Source: Brevundimonas sp. UBA7664
GTDB lineage: Bacteria; Pseudomonadota; Alphaproteobacteria; Caulobacterales; Caulobacteraceae
Direction of reading: 5' to 3'
Length of the DNA stretch: 64,000 bases
Assembly (NCBI RefSeq): GCF_002483305.1
Contig: NZ_DLHQ01000050.1
Span: forward strand, 18,711 to 82,710
How positions within the stretch are numbered: position 1 is the first letter of the stretch; each line of letters starts with the position of its first letter. Below, in pieces: positions 22,332-31,580 of this stretch. The position numbers and the translations under genes were made by a program. The notes under the pieces were generated by a model. That model was not told where the DNA came from and made no database searches. It saw nothing but the letters and a program-made list of their open reading frames with translations.

Positions 22332-23258
22332 ATGACGGACAGAACTGAGACGCCGTTGGTCGCGGGGGTGGAACTGGGCGGCACCAAGGTCGTCTGCCTG
22401 CTGGCGAGCGGTCCGGGTGACATCCGCGAGCACGTGCGCATCCCGACCACGACGCCGGAAGTGACCTTGGCTGGCATCGCCGCGGTGCTGGAGCGTTGGC
22501 GATCCGGTCCGGGGTTCGCGGCCCTCGGCGTGGCCAGCTTCGGTCCGCTGGAGCTGGACGACCGCTCGCCGCGCTTCGGCCAGATCATCGCCACGCCCAA
22601 GCCGGGCTGGACCGGATGTGCGCTGACCGCGCTGGGCGAGGGCCTGGCCGTGCCCTTGGCCATCGACACCGACGTTAACGGGGCAGCCCTGGCGGAGGGG
22701 CGTTGGGGCGCGGCGCGTGGGCTGCGCAGCTATGCCTACGTCACCGTCGGGACGGGGATCGGCGTCGGTTCGATCGTCGACGGCCGGTCGGTGCGGGGGC
22801 TGGGCCATTCCGAGGCGGGCCACCTGCGGGTCGGACGGCTGAAGGGCGACGACTGGCCGGGCGTCTGCCCCTATCACGGTGATTGCGTCGAAGGCCTCGC
22901 CTCGGGCCCGGCGGTGGCGGCGCGGGCGGGCCGGCCGGGCGATGCGCTTGATCCTGACGATCCCGCCTGGACCATGGTCGTCCACGCCTTGGGCGGACTG
23001 TTGCACAACCTGGTCCTCACCACGGCGCCGGAGCGCATCCTGATCGGCGGCGGGGTTGCGGACGGGCAGGGATGGCTGTTCCCGCGTCTGCGCGCTGCCC
23101 TGGTCGACAGTCTCGCGGGCTACGCCACGGCAGACCGGATCGCGGCCGACCTCGAGGCCTTCGTGCAGCCGCCCGGGCTGGGGGCCCTGGCCGGTCCCCT
23201 GGGCGCGATCGCCCTGGCCCACAAAGCCTTGTCGGAGGGGCCGCTCAGCCGCCGGTGA
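22332..23258 (+). CDS. ROK family sugar kinase (fructokinase-like)
   Basis: VELGGTK, IPTTTP, SFGP, DTDVNGAALAE, GTGIGVG, EAGH, CPYHGDCVEGLASG. Confidence 0.9.
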   Translation: MTDRTETPLVAGVELGGTKVVCLLASGPGDIREHVRIPTTTPEVTLAGIAAVLERWRSGPGFAALGVASFGPLELDDRSPRFGQIIATPKPGWTGCALTALGEGLAVPLAIDTDVNGAALAEGRWGAARGLRSYAYVTVGTGIGVGSIVDGRSVRGLGHSEAGHLRVGRLKGDDWPGVCPYHGDCVEGLASGPAVAARAGRPGDALDPDDPAWTMVVHALGGLLHNLVLTTAPERILIGGGVADGQGWLFPRLRAALVDSLAGYATADRIAADLEAFVQPPGLGALAGPLGAIALAHKALSEGPLSRR

Positions 23259-24144
23259 ACATGGCCCGGTCGGCCCTGACCGCCTCGACGATCATCGCCG
23301 TCACGGCGCGGATGCGGGCGAGGGGCTTGAGGTCGGCGTGGGTCACCATCCAGAGGCTGCGGTCCAGATGCACGGCGTCCGGAAGGACGCGGCGCAGGCC
23401 GGCTTCGCGGGCGGCGATGAAGTCGGGCAGGACGCAAAGGCCCGCGCCGGCGAGGGCGGCCTGGAGCTGGGCGATCAGGTTGGAGCTCTGCAGGGCGACA
23501 TGGATGTCGACGTCCGGCGCCTGCATATAGTCGAGCTCGGGCGCATAGAGCAGGTCGCCGATATAGCCGATGAACCGGTGACCGGCCATGTCGGCGCGGG
23601 TGCGGATCGGCGGCCGGGCGTCGAGGTAGGCCGGGGCGGCGTACAGGCTGAGGCCATAGTCGGTCAGCTTGCGCGAAATCAGCCGGCCCTCGCGCGGGGC
23701 GCTGAGCGTCACGGCGATGTCGGCCTCGCGCTTGGACAGGCTGAGCACGCCGGAGATGGCGACCAGCTGGATGTCCAGTCCGGGGTGCCGGTCGGCGAGT
23801 GTCGCCATCAGGGGCGCCAGAACATAGCTGCCGAACCCTTCGGGCGCGCCGATGCGGACCGTGCCGGTCAGGGCCTGGTCGGCCTCACCCAGCTGGCTGG
23901 CGGCCAGCAGGGTCAGGCTCTCGATCTTCTCGGCGGTCGGCATCAGCCGTTCGCCGTGCGGGGTCAGGGCGTAGCCCTGCGGGCTGCGATCAAACAGGCG
24001 GGCGCCCAGTCCGTCCTCCAGGGCCGCGATGCGGCGGGCCACGGTCGTGTGGTCCATGCCGACCCGGGCTGCGGCCGTGGTCAGCCGCCCCGTGCGCGCC
24101 ACGGCCAGAAAGGCGCGGAGGTCGTTCCAGTTGAAGTCGGCCAC
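23245..24144 (-). CDS. LysR family transcriptional regulator
   Basis: FNWNDLRAFLAVARTGRLTTAAARVGMDHTTVARRI; GTG 24144 with AGGAG RBS. Confidence 0.92.
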   Translation of the reverse strand: MADFNWNDLRAFLAVARTGRLTTAAARVGMDHTTVARRIAALEDGLGARLFDRSPQGYALTPHGERLMPTAEKIESLTLLAASQLGEADQALTGTVRIGAPEGFGSYVLAPLMATLADRHPGLDIQLVAISGVLSLSKREADIAVTLSAPREGRLISRKLTDYGLSLYAAPAYLDARPPIRTRADMAGHRFIGYIGDLLYAPELDYMQAPDVDIHVALQSSNLIAQLQAALAGAGLCVLPDFIAAREAGLRRVLPDAVHLDRSLWMVTHADLKPLARIRAVTAMIVEAVRADRAMFTGG

Positions 24145-24154
24145 AATCCGCTCC

Positions 24155-24170
24155 TGTGCAAAAATGCACA
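24155..24170. promoter_or_regulatory. Perfect palindrome in the LysR divergent promoter
   Basis: TGTGCA-AAAA-TGCACA. Confidence 0.6.
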
Positions 24171-24257
24171 ATGATTGCTCAAGTCTTGGCATCGTCAGGA
24201 CAGAAAAGCCATGACATATCGTCGTCATCCGAACGTCTCCGTTCCAAGGACACCGTC

Positions 24258-24446
24258 ATGGCCTTCGACTCCGCCGCCTATACGCCCGCCATCCGGACCG
24301 CTATTCCCACGCCGACAGCCGCGCTGATCGACGCGTTCGACGCTCCCTGCCCAATCTGGGCGGCCGAGAACCCGGACCGCGCCCTGGCGTTGCTGTTCGT
24401 GGCCCCGCGCGATTGCGCGGCCGTGGATGTCCTCGTCTCGCTGTAA
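24258..24446 (+). CDS. Small hypothetical protein (62 aa) upstream of phaC
   Basis: AAGGA RBS then MAFDSAAYTPAIR...DVLVSL; ends 15 nt before the phaC ATG. Confidence 0.5.
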   Translation: MAFDSAAYTPAIRTAIPTPTAALIDAFDAPCPIWAAENPDRALALLFVAPRDCAAVDVLVSL

Positions 24447-24461
24447 GCGGAAAGCCTGCCC

Positions 24462-26246
24462 ATGACCGTTTCCCAGCCGCCGCTTCCCCAACTGCCCGAT
24501 CCGACCGTCGTGGCCGAGACCCTGACCACCCTGATGCAGAACGCCGCCGCCGCGGTGCGAACCACCATGGCCCAGGCCGCCACGCCTTGCGCTCTACCCT
24601 ACGATCCGACGACGCTGACGCGGGCGATGATCGACTTCAACACCGCGGTGATGACCCAGCCGGCGGCGCTGTTCGAGGCCCAGGCGAAGAACTGGACCGA
24701 CTGGACCGCCCTGTGGCGCACCATGGGCGAGCGGGCCATGGGCCAGGAGACTTCCCCGGTCGCGGCGCCGGTCAAGGGCGACCGCCGCTTTTCGGACCCC
24801 GCCTGGAGCGACGAGCCGGTCTACGACTATCTGAAACAGGCCTATCTGCTGGCCGCGCGCCAGCTGCAGGATTTCGTCGCCGCCGCCCCGGTCGATGACG
24901 CGACCCGCGCCCAGGTCGATTTCGCCAGCCGCCAGATGATGAACGCCCTGGCGCCGACCAACTTCCCGCACACCAATCCGCAGGTGGCCCGTCGCACCAT
25001 CGAGAGCGGTGGTCTGAGCCTGATGACGGGTCTGTCGAACCTGCTGGAAGATGTCGGCAAGGGGCAGGGGCTGGTCAGCCGTCGCGCGCCCAACGACTTC
25101 GAACTGGGCGTCAACGTCGCCGCCACGCCGGGTGCGGTGGTGTTCAAGAACGACCTGATGGAGCTGATCCAGTATGCGGCGACGACCGACAAGGTCTATC
25201 GCCGTCCGCTGCTGTTCGTGCCGCCACTGGTCAACAAATACTACCTGTTCGACCTCACGCCGAAGGCCAGCTACCTGAAATGGCTGGTGGATCAGGGGCA
25301 CACCGTCTTCGTCATCTCCTGGGCCAATCCGGACGAGAGCCACGCCGACAACGGTCTGGACGCCTATGTGAAGGATGGCGTTGTCGCCGCGCTGGACGCC
25401 GTCCAACTGGCCACGGGCGAGGCGGACGCGGATCTGGTTTCCTACTGCCTCGGCGGCACGCTCTCGGCCATGACGCTGGCCTATCTGGCCGCGACAGATC
25501 GCGCCGATCGAGTTTCCTCGGCGACCCTGATCGCCACCCTCGTCGACTTTGGCGACATGGGCGAATGGTCGGTGTTCACGAGCGAGCAGGACCTGAACGC
25601 CTTCGACCGCTATCTCGACGACAAGGGCTATGTCGAGGCCCACGACCTGACCAAGCTGTTCTCGGCGGTGCGGGCCAACGACCTGATCTGGTCGTCGGTG
25701 GTGAACCACTATCTGCTGGGCGACGAGGCGCGCGCCTCGGACCTGCTGTGGTGGTTCGATGACGGCTCGCGCATCCCGGCCCGGATGCTCAAGGAATACG
25801 GCCGCCAGATCCTGCGCGGGAACCAGCTCAAGGACGGCGGAGTCGCGATCGACGGCGTGACGCTGGACCTCAAGGCCATCGAGACCCCGGTGATGATCGT
25901 GGCCCTGAAGGACGACCATGTCTCGGCGTGGAAGAACACCTATGCCGGGCGCGCCTTCTTCGGCGGGCCGACGCGGTTCCTGCTGGGCGGCTCGGGCCAC
26001 AATGCGGGGATGATCAATCCGCCGGCGGCCAACAAGCACGGCTACTGGACCAATGACGACGCTCCGGCCGACGCCGAGGCCTGGCTGGCCGGCGCCGAGC
26101 AGAAGACCGGATCATGGTGGCCGGAATGGCAGGGCTGGCTTGACGCCGCCGCGGCCGACGACAAGGTCAAGGCGCGCAAGGTCGGTTCCGGCAAGCTCAA
26201 GGCCGGCGTCGCCGCCCCGGGCGACTACGTCCGCGTTCGGCACTAG
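24462..26246 (+). CDS. phaC: Class I-like poly(3-hydroxyalkanoate) synthase
   Basis: PVKGDRRFSDPAW, PTNFPHTNP, ATPGAVVFKNDLMELIQY, PPLVNKYYLFDL; catalytic SYCLGG, KDDH and GSGH. Confidence 0.92.
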   Translation: MTVSQPPLPQLPDPTVVAETLTTLMQNAAAAVRTTMAQAATPCALPYDPTTLTRAMIDFNTAVMTQPAALFEAQAKNWTDWTALWRTMGERAMGQETSPVAAPVKGDRRFSDPAWSDEPVYDYLKQAYLLAARQLQDFVAAAPVDDATRAQVDFASRQMMNALAPTNFPHTNPQVARRTIESGGLSLMTGLSNLLEDVGKGQGLVSRRAPNDFELGVNVAATPGAVVFKNDLMELIQYAATTDKVYRRPLLFVPPLVNKYYLFDLTPKASYLKWLVDQGHTVFVISWANPDESHADNGLDAYVKDGVVAALDAVQLATGEADADLVSYCLGGTLSAMTLAYLAATDRADRVSSATLIATLVDFGDMGEWSVFTSEQDLNAFDRYLDDKGYVEAHDLTKLFSAVRANDLIWSSVVNHYLLGDEARASDLLWWFDDGSRIPARMLKEYGRQILRGNQLKDGGVAIDGVTLDLKAIETPVMIVALKDDHVSAWKNTYAGRAFFGGPTRFLLGGSGHNAGMINPPAANKHGYWTNDDAPADAEAWLAGAEQKTGSWWPEWQGWLDAAAADDKVKARKVGSGKLKAGVAAPGDYVRVRH

Positions 26247-26267
26247 AGGGTCCGCCGGCCGGACCGG

Positions 26268-27890
26268 CTATCTCTGAGCCGGGTCAGCCTGGTCCAGCAT
26301 CCGCTCCAGCGTCGCCAGCTCATCCGCTTCCTTCGCCGGCTTGTCCCAACGAATCCGGCTGATCCGGGGGAAGCGCATCGCGACACCGGACTTGTGGCGT
26401 TTCGATCGCTGCAGGCCCTCGAACGCCACCTCCAGCACCAGGCCGAACTCGCGGCTCGCCCGCACCGATCGCACCGGGCCAAACCGTTCGACGGTGTTGT
26501 CGCGCACGAATTTGTCCAGATGTTTGAGCTCCTCGTCGGTGAAGCCGAAATAGGCCTTGCCCACCGGCGTCAGCACATGGGCGCCGTCGGCGTCCTCGGT
26601 CCAGACGCCGAAGGTGAAGTCCGAATAGAAGCTGGACCGCTTGCCGTGCCCCCGCTGGGCGTACATCAGCACGGCGTCGATCAGATGCGGATCTCGCTTC
26701 CATTTGAACCACGGCCCCTTGGGCCGGCCCGCCTCATAGACGCTGTCGAGCCGTTTCAGCATCAGCCCTTCCGCCGCCTGCGGGTCTCCCGCGGGCGGCG
26801 CGGCGCGCAGGGCCGCGAGCTCGTCCCACGATGCGAAGGACTGGAGCGGCGACAGGTCGATGCGTTTGGAAGCGATCGCGGCGACGAAGGCCTCCAGCCG
26901 CGCGCGCCGTTCGACGAAGGCCAGCCCCCGCAGGTCGACCCCGTCCGCCGCCAGCAGGTCGTAGGCGCGGATGCCGGCGGGATGGGCTGTCATCACCTTC
27001 GGATCCGCCGCCTTTCGGTTGAGGCGCTGCTGAAGGTCGCCGAAGGACGCGACACGCCCGTCCCGCAGCACCAGCAGTTCGCCGTCGATCACGCCCTCGT
27101 AGGTCAGGGTCTCCACCACATCGGGGAAGGCCGCCGAGACATCCTCGCCGGTCCGGCTGTACAGGCGCTTCACCCCGCCCTCGCTGACCGCCTGGACGCG
27201 GATGCCGTCCCATTTCCATTCCGCGGCGTAGGCGGCGGGGTCCAGTTTCGGGAAATCCGCCTCGTCGATAGGCTGGGCCAGCATGACCGGGCGGAAGCGG
27301 CCGTGCGCATCGGCCGAAGGACGCTCGGCCTTGCCGTCCAGCCAGGCGAGGAGGTCGGCATAGGGCGGGGCCTGGGCGTGCCAGACCTCCTGGATGTCGG
27401 CGACCTCGACCTCGCCGAAGTCGGCCGCGGCCTGCCAGGCGAGGCGCGCCGAGACGCCGACCCGCAGGCTCCCGGTCACCAGCTTCAGCAGAGCCCAGCG
27501 GCCGTCGGCGTCCAGGGCGTCCAGCCAGCCTTCGATCAGGCCCCGCACCTCGCCCCGTTTCGCCTCTCTGAGGGCGTCAACCACCTCGGACAGATCGGGT
27601 TCACGGTTGGCTCCGTGACGGGCGGGCCAGATCAGGGCGACGGTCTCGGCCAGATCGCCCACATAGTCGTAGGACAGCCGGAACAGCTCCGGATCGACGC
27701 GGCCTTCCACCGCCTGTCGGATCATGGCCGGCTTGGCGGCGTTGAACGACAGGGCGCCGGTCAGGGCGGCGAGGGCCCAGCCCCGGTCGGGGTCCGGCGC
27801 ATCGGCCAGGTGATCACGGATCAGCCGCAGTTTGACGTTGCGCGACGCCGTCAACGACAGCCGATCCAGCAGGGCCGCGAAGGCGCGCAT
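26268..27890 (-). CDS. ATP-dependent DNA ligase (DNA-damage-associated family)
   Basis: FRPVMLAQP, EWKWDGIR (KxDG), IDGELL, EGLMLKR, WFKWKR, SGVAMRFPRI. Confidence 0.93.
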   Translation of the reverse strand: MRAFAALLDRLSLTASRNVKLRLIRDHLADAPDPDRGWALAALTGALSFNAAKPAMIRQAVEGRVDPELFRLSYDYVGDLAETVALIWPARHGANREPDLSEVVDALREAKRGEVRGLIEGWLDALDADGRWALLKLVTGSLRVGVSARLAWQAAADFGEVEVADIQEVWHAQAPPYADLLAWLDGKAERPSADAHGRFRPVMLAQPIDEADFPKLDPAAYAAEWKWDGIRVQAVSEGGVKRLYSRTGEDVSAAFPDVVETLTYEGVIDGELLVLRDGRVASFGDLQQRLNRKAADPKVMTAHPAGIRAYDLLAADGVDLRGLAFVERRARLEAFVAAIASKRIDLSPLQSFASWDELAALRAAPPAGDPQAAEGLMLKRLDSVYEAGRPKGPWFKWKRDPHLIDAVLMYAQRGHGKRSSFYSDFTFGVWTEDADGAHVLTPVGKAYFGFTDEELKHLDKFVRDNTVERFGPVRSVRASREFGLVLEVAFEGLQRSKRHKSGVAMRFPRISRIRWDKPAKEADELATLERMLDQADPAQR

Positions 27891-28954
27891 CAGTCGTCGT
27901 CCTCGTCCTCATAGCCCACCAGATGCAGCGCCCGCGCGGTGAGGCCGTTCAGTTCGGCCCAGCGCCGAAGGGCGTCGTCGCGGCCATGAGTGATCCACAC
28001 CTCCCGCGGCGACAGCTCCTTCAGGGTGTCGGTCAGTTCGTCCCAGTCGGCGTGGTCCGACAGGACGAGAGGCAGCTCCACCCCCCGCTGCCGCGCCCGC
28101 GCGCGCACGCTCATCCAGCCCGAGGCGAAGGCCGTGACCGGATCGGGAAAGCGGCGGCTCCAGCGGTCGGCGAGGGCCGACGGCGGGGCGATGATGATGC
28201 GTCCCGCGAAATCGGCCTTGGACCCGGTCGCCGGCGCCAGCGGTCCCAGCATGACGCCGAAATGCTCGTACAGCCGGTTCAACCGTTCGAGGGCGCCGTG
28301 GACATAGATGGTCTCGTCATAGCCCGCCTCGCGCAGCAGGCGGATCACCCGCTGCGCCTTGCCCAGGGCGTAGGCGCCGACCAGATGGGCGCGCTCGGGG
28401 AACTGCCGCACCGAATGCAGCAGCCGTCCGATCTCCTGGGTATCTGGCGGATGGCGGAACACCGGCAGGCCGAAGGTGGCTTCGGTGATGAAGACATCGC
28501 TGGGCACCGGCTCGAACGGGACGCAGGTCGGATCGCGGCGGCGCTTGTAGTCGCCCGAGGCCGTCACCGTCAGCCCGCCCTGCCGCACCGTCGCCTGGGC
28601 CGAGCCCAGCACATGGCCGGCCGGGGACAGGGTCACCTCGGCTCCGCCCACCATCAGCCGCTCGCCATAGGCCAGTGGTTGAACACTCGTGGCGAAGTCG
28701 CGGCCGTAGCGCTCGCCCATGATGGCGAGGGTTTCGGGCGTCGCCAGCACCGCGCCGTGGCCGGCGCGGGCATGGTCGGCATGGCCGTGGGTGATGACCG
28801 CACGGTCCACGGGGCGCGGGGGGTCGATGAAGAAAGCGCCCGCCGGACACCAGAGGCCGTCCGGTGTCGGCCGCAGAATCGCGCTCAGTTCCGGGGCGAC
28901 GGCGGACTTCAGCGGTCGCCCCCGGTCATCCACACGACCTGTCCCGACAAGCAC
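27890..28954 (-). CDS. Ligase-associated DNA damage response exonuclease (MBL/beta-CASP)
   Basis: FFIDPPRPVDRAVITHGHADHA, AGHVLGSAQ, FITEATFGLPVF, LSDHADW. Start codon uncertain. Confidence 0.9.
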   Translation of the reverse strand: MLVGTGRVDDRGRPLKSAVAPELSAILRPTPDGLWCPAGAFFIDPPRPVDRAVITHGHADHARAGHGAVLATPETLAIMGERYGRDFATSVQPLAYGERLMVGGAEVTLSPAGHVLGSAQATVRQGGLTVTASGDYKRRRDPTCVPFEPVPSDVFITEATFGLPVFRHPPDTQEIGRLLHSVRQFPERAHLVGAYALGKAQRVIRLLREAGYDETIYVHGALERLNRLYEHFGVMLGPLAPATGSKADFAGRIIIAPPSALADRWSRRFPDPVTAFASGWMSVRARARQRGVELPLVLSDHADWDELTDTLKELSPREVWITHGRDDALRRWAELNGLTARALHLVGYEDEDDD

Positions 28955-29043
28955 GGACCCATCGCCATCCTGATCATCACAACCTCCATCCGAAATTGAT
29001 CAAGTCGATCAGGCCGCGTTCGGTTGCCTGGAGGCCCGACGGC

Positions 29044-31491
29044 TCAGCCGAGCCGATCCGCGATGCCCGAGAGGGTCTCCTTCAGCCCCGTCATCCGTTT
29101 GGCGGTCTGATCCTCGCCCGTCACCCGGATTTCCCCGGCGAGGGCCTCGATCTGGCGAGCGACCGCGGCGTCGCGGCCGTTCGCATCGACCAACGGCGTC
29201 GCCAGGTCCAGCGCGCCGGTGATGCGGGCCATCATCTCGGCGGGCATGGCGTCATCGCGCGCCAGCTGGTCCAGATAGGCGCGGGCGACCACGGGATGGG
29301 CGGGCCAGCTCACCGGGAACTGCTGCTGGGGGTTCACCGCGCCACCGACGTCGGCCATGGCCGCGGCGGCGATCTCGTTGGCGGTCAGATGCTCGCTCGG
29401 CTCCAGCGTCAGCACGTCCAGGCCACGGGCGATCTCCGTGCCGTAGATGCGGCCATTGTACCAGTATACGGACCAGTAACCGCCCATGGTGCCGTGCTGC
29501 TCATTGATCGGTCCACGGTCGAAATAGGCGATCTCGCGGGGATTGGCCGAGTCGGTGAAGTCGCTGATCGACAATCCGCCCTGGTACCAGGCCTGGACGA
29601 ACAGGTCGCGGCCGGGCACCGGGATCAGCGAACCGTTGTGGGCGACGCAGTTTTCCTTGTCCGTCTGGGCCGCCGGCAGCTTGTAGTAGCTGCGGAAGAC
29701 CAGCTGGCCGTCGACGATGTCATAGATGGCGTTGGCGCCCCAGGTGCGGGGATCCTGGACCCGGCAGCGCGGACGTCCGCCGCCGCCCCATTCGTCGGTG
29801 AAGATCACCTTGGTGCCGTCGTTGTTGAAGGTGGCGGAGTGCCAGTAGGCGAAGCCTGTGTCGGTCACCGCATCGAGCCGCCGCGGCTCGAGCGGGTTGG
29901 AGATGTCGAAGAGGATGCCGTTGCCCGAGCAGGCCCCGCCCGCGATGTTGCGCGACGGGAACAGGGTGATGTCGTGGCAGTGGTCGGTGCGACCTGTGGT
30001 CTGCGTCCCTTCACCGTGGTCGCCGCCCTGCCACAGGCCGGCGATCTGGCCGGTCTCGGCGTCGGCGAAGACCGTGGGGCTGTCGATGATGCGCGACCGG
30101 GACGGGTCGGCCAGGGGGATCTCGATGACATCAACCCGGAACAGGGCCGTGCGCGGATCGCCCGGCGTGCCGACGACGCACCCGGCCAGTTCCTCTTCAT
30201 CGCGGATGTTGGCGGTGCCGGAGTTGTAGACGACCAGGCGCCGTGCGTCTTGGGCCACCACCGAATGGGTGTGCGAGCCGCGGCAGGTCTGGACCTGCCC
30301 GACCTGGACGGGGCGGGTCCGGTCGCTGATGTCGAAGATCCGCAGGCCGCGGAACCGCTCGGGGTTCACCTGGCCGGTCACGCCCTGGCGGCCGCAGTCG
30401 ACCCGGCCGCTGTTGGACTCGACCGACATCAGCAGCAGGTTGCCGACGATCGACACGTCGCCCTGACCGCCGGGGCAGACGATCGAACTGATCAGTTCGG
30501 GCTCGGCGGCGTCGGTCAGCCGGTACAGGTTGACGCCGTGATAGTTGCCGACCGCCAGAAGGTCGCCGGCGAATGCCATGTCGGTGTTGGCGAAGCTGAG
30601 GAAGGGCGAGCGGCGGCCGAACTGGGACGCGGCGCTGTCGCGGGCGACCCCGTCGTCGGCGACCGTCGGAACCGCCGGGGGCAGGCCCTCGGGGTTGGCG
30701 GGATCGAAGAAGCCGGTCGGCTTGGGCAGGCTGGCGATGAGGGCCAGGTTGCTGGCCGCCTGACCTGCGTCGCGGAATCCGGCGGACAGGGTGCTGCGCG
30801 GATCGCCGGCCTGCTGGCGCGACAGGGCCGTCATGCGGTCGATCTCGGCCTGCTGTTCGTTGGTCACGTCGTTGGCGAAGCGGAACAGCACCGGATCGTA
30901 GGCGGAGCCGGAGCGCGCGAACAGGTCGGCGACCATCTTCACCGCCCCCTCGTGGTGGGCGATCATCAGCCGGAGGAACTGCTGGTCGAAGTCGGGGCCG
31001 CTGGCGGCGGCAAGCGCGGCCATCTGTTCCGCCGTGGCCATGCCCGGCATGCCGGCATGGGCCGCGCCGTGCTGGCTGTGATCCATTCCCGCCATGCCGG
31101 CGTGGCCGGCGGCGGCGGCCGGCGCTTCTTGGCCGCGCTCGCGCAGCCAGCCCTGCATGAATTCGATCTCGTCGGCCTGGGACGCATTGATACGGCCGGA
31201 GATGTCGCGGATCGCCTGGGTGTTGGTCCGCCCGGCGACGAGCGCGGCCATCTCGACGGCCTGGGCATGGTGAAGGATCATGTCCTGCATGAATTTCACG
31301 TCGTCGGCGGAATAGCGGTTGTCGGCGATGCGCGAGGCTTCCTCGCCGCTCAGGGCGCGGGCGGCCTGGCCCGGCGCGCCGGGCTGCACGATCGGGGCGT
31401 CCTGCGCGAAGGCGCCGGTGGCGCAGAGCAAGACGCCAGCGGCGACGGAGGAGCCCAGAAGCTTGCGAATGGACGGCGCGGATCGATGCAT
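29044..31491 (-). CDS. Exported DUF305 (ferritin-like) + LVIVD-repeat/propeller protein
   Basis: Signal peptide; DVKFMQDMILHHAQAVEMA...FLRLMIAHHEGAVKM (DUF305), followed by a repeat region (RIFDISD, CHDITL, IAYFDRG). Start set at ATG 31491. Confidence 0.8.
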   Translation of the reverse strand: MHRSAPSIRKLLGSSVAAGVLLCATGAFAQDAPIVQPGAPGQAARALSGEEASRIADNRYSADDVKFMQDMILHHAQAVEMAALVAGRTNTQAIRDISGRINASQADEIEFMQGWLRERGQEAPAAAAGHAGMAGMDHSQHGAAHAGMPGMATAEQMAALAAASGPDFDQQFLRLMIAHHEGAVKMVADLFARSGSAYDPVLFRFANDVTNEQQAEIDRMTALSRQQAGDPRSTLSAGFRDAGQAASNLALIASLPKPTGFFDPANPEGLPPAVPTVADDGVARDSAASQFGRRSPFLSFANTDMAFAGDLLAVGNYHGVNLYRLTDAAEPELISSIVCPGGQGDVSIVGNLLLMSVESNSGRVDCGRQGVTGQVNPERFRGLRIFDISDRTRPVQVGQVQTCRGSHTHSVVAQDARRLVVYNSGTANIRDEEELAGCVVGTPGDPRTALFRVDVIEIPLADPSRSRIIDSPTVFADAETGQIAGLWQGGDHGEGTQTTGRTDHCHDITLFPSRNIAGGACSGNGILFDISNPLEPRRLDAVTDTGFAYWHSATFNNDGTKVIFTDEWGGGGRPRCRVQDPRTWGANAIYDIVDGQLVFRSYYKLPAAQTDKENCVAHNGSLIPVPGRDLFVQAWYQGGLSISDFTDSANPREIAYFDRGPINEQHGTMGGYWSVYWYNGRIYGTEIARGLDVLTLEPSEHLTANEIAAAAMADVGGAVNPQQQFPVSWPAHPVVARAYLDQLARDDAMPAEMMARITGALDLATPLVDANGRDAAVARQIEALAGEIRVTGEDQTAKRMTGLKETLSGIADRLG

Positions 31492-31580
31492 CGGCTTGAT
31501 CTCCATTTTACGAACGTGCGTCAGGGCTAGCATGGGATTTCCGACGGCACCAACCGTGGCGTCTCTCCCCGGCCCCGGGA

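Noticed and set aside
28996-29011. TTGATCAAGTCGATCA as a third FixK box
   Set aside because: The half-site spacing does not fit TTGAT-N4-ATCAA.
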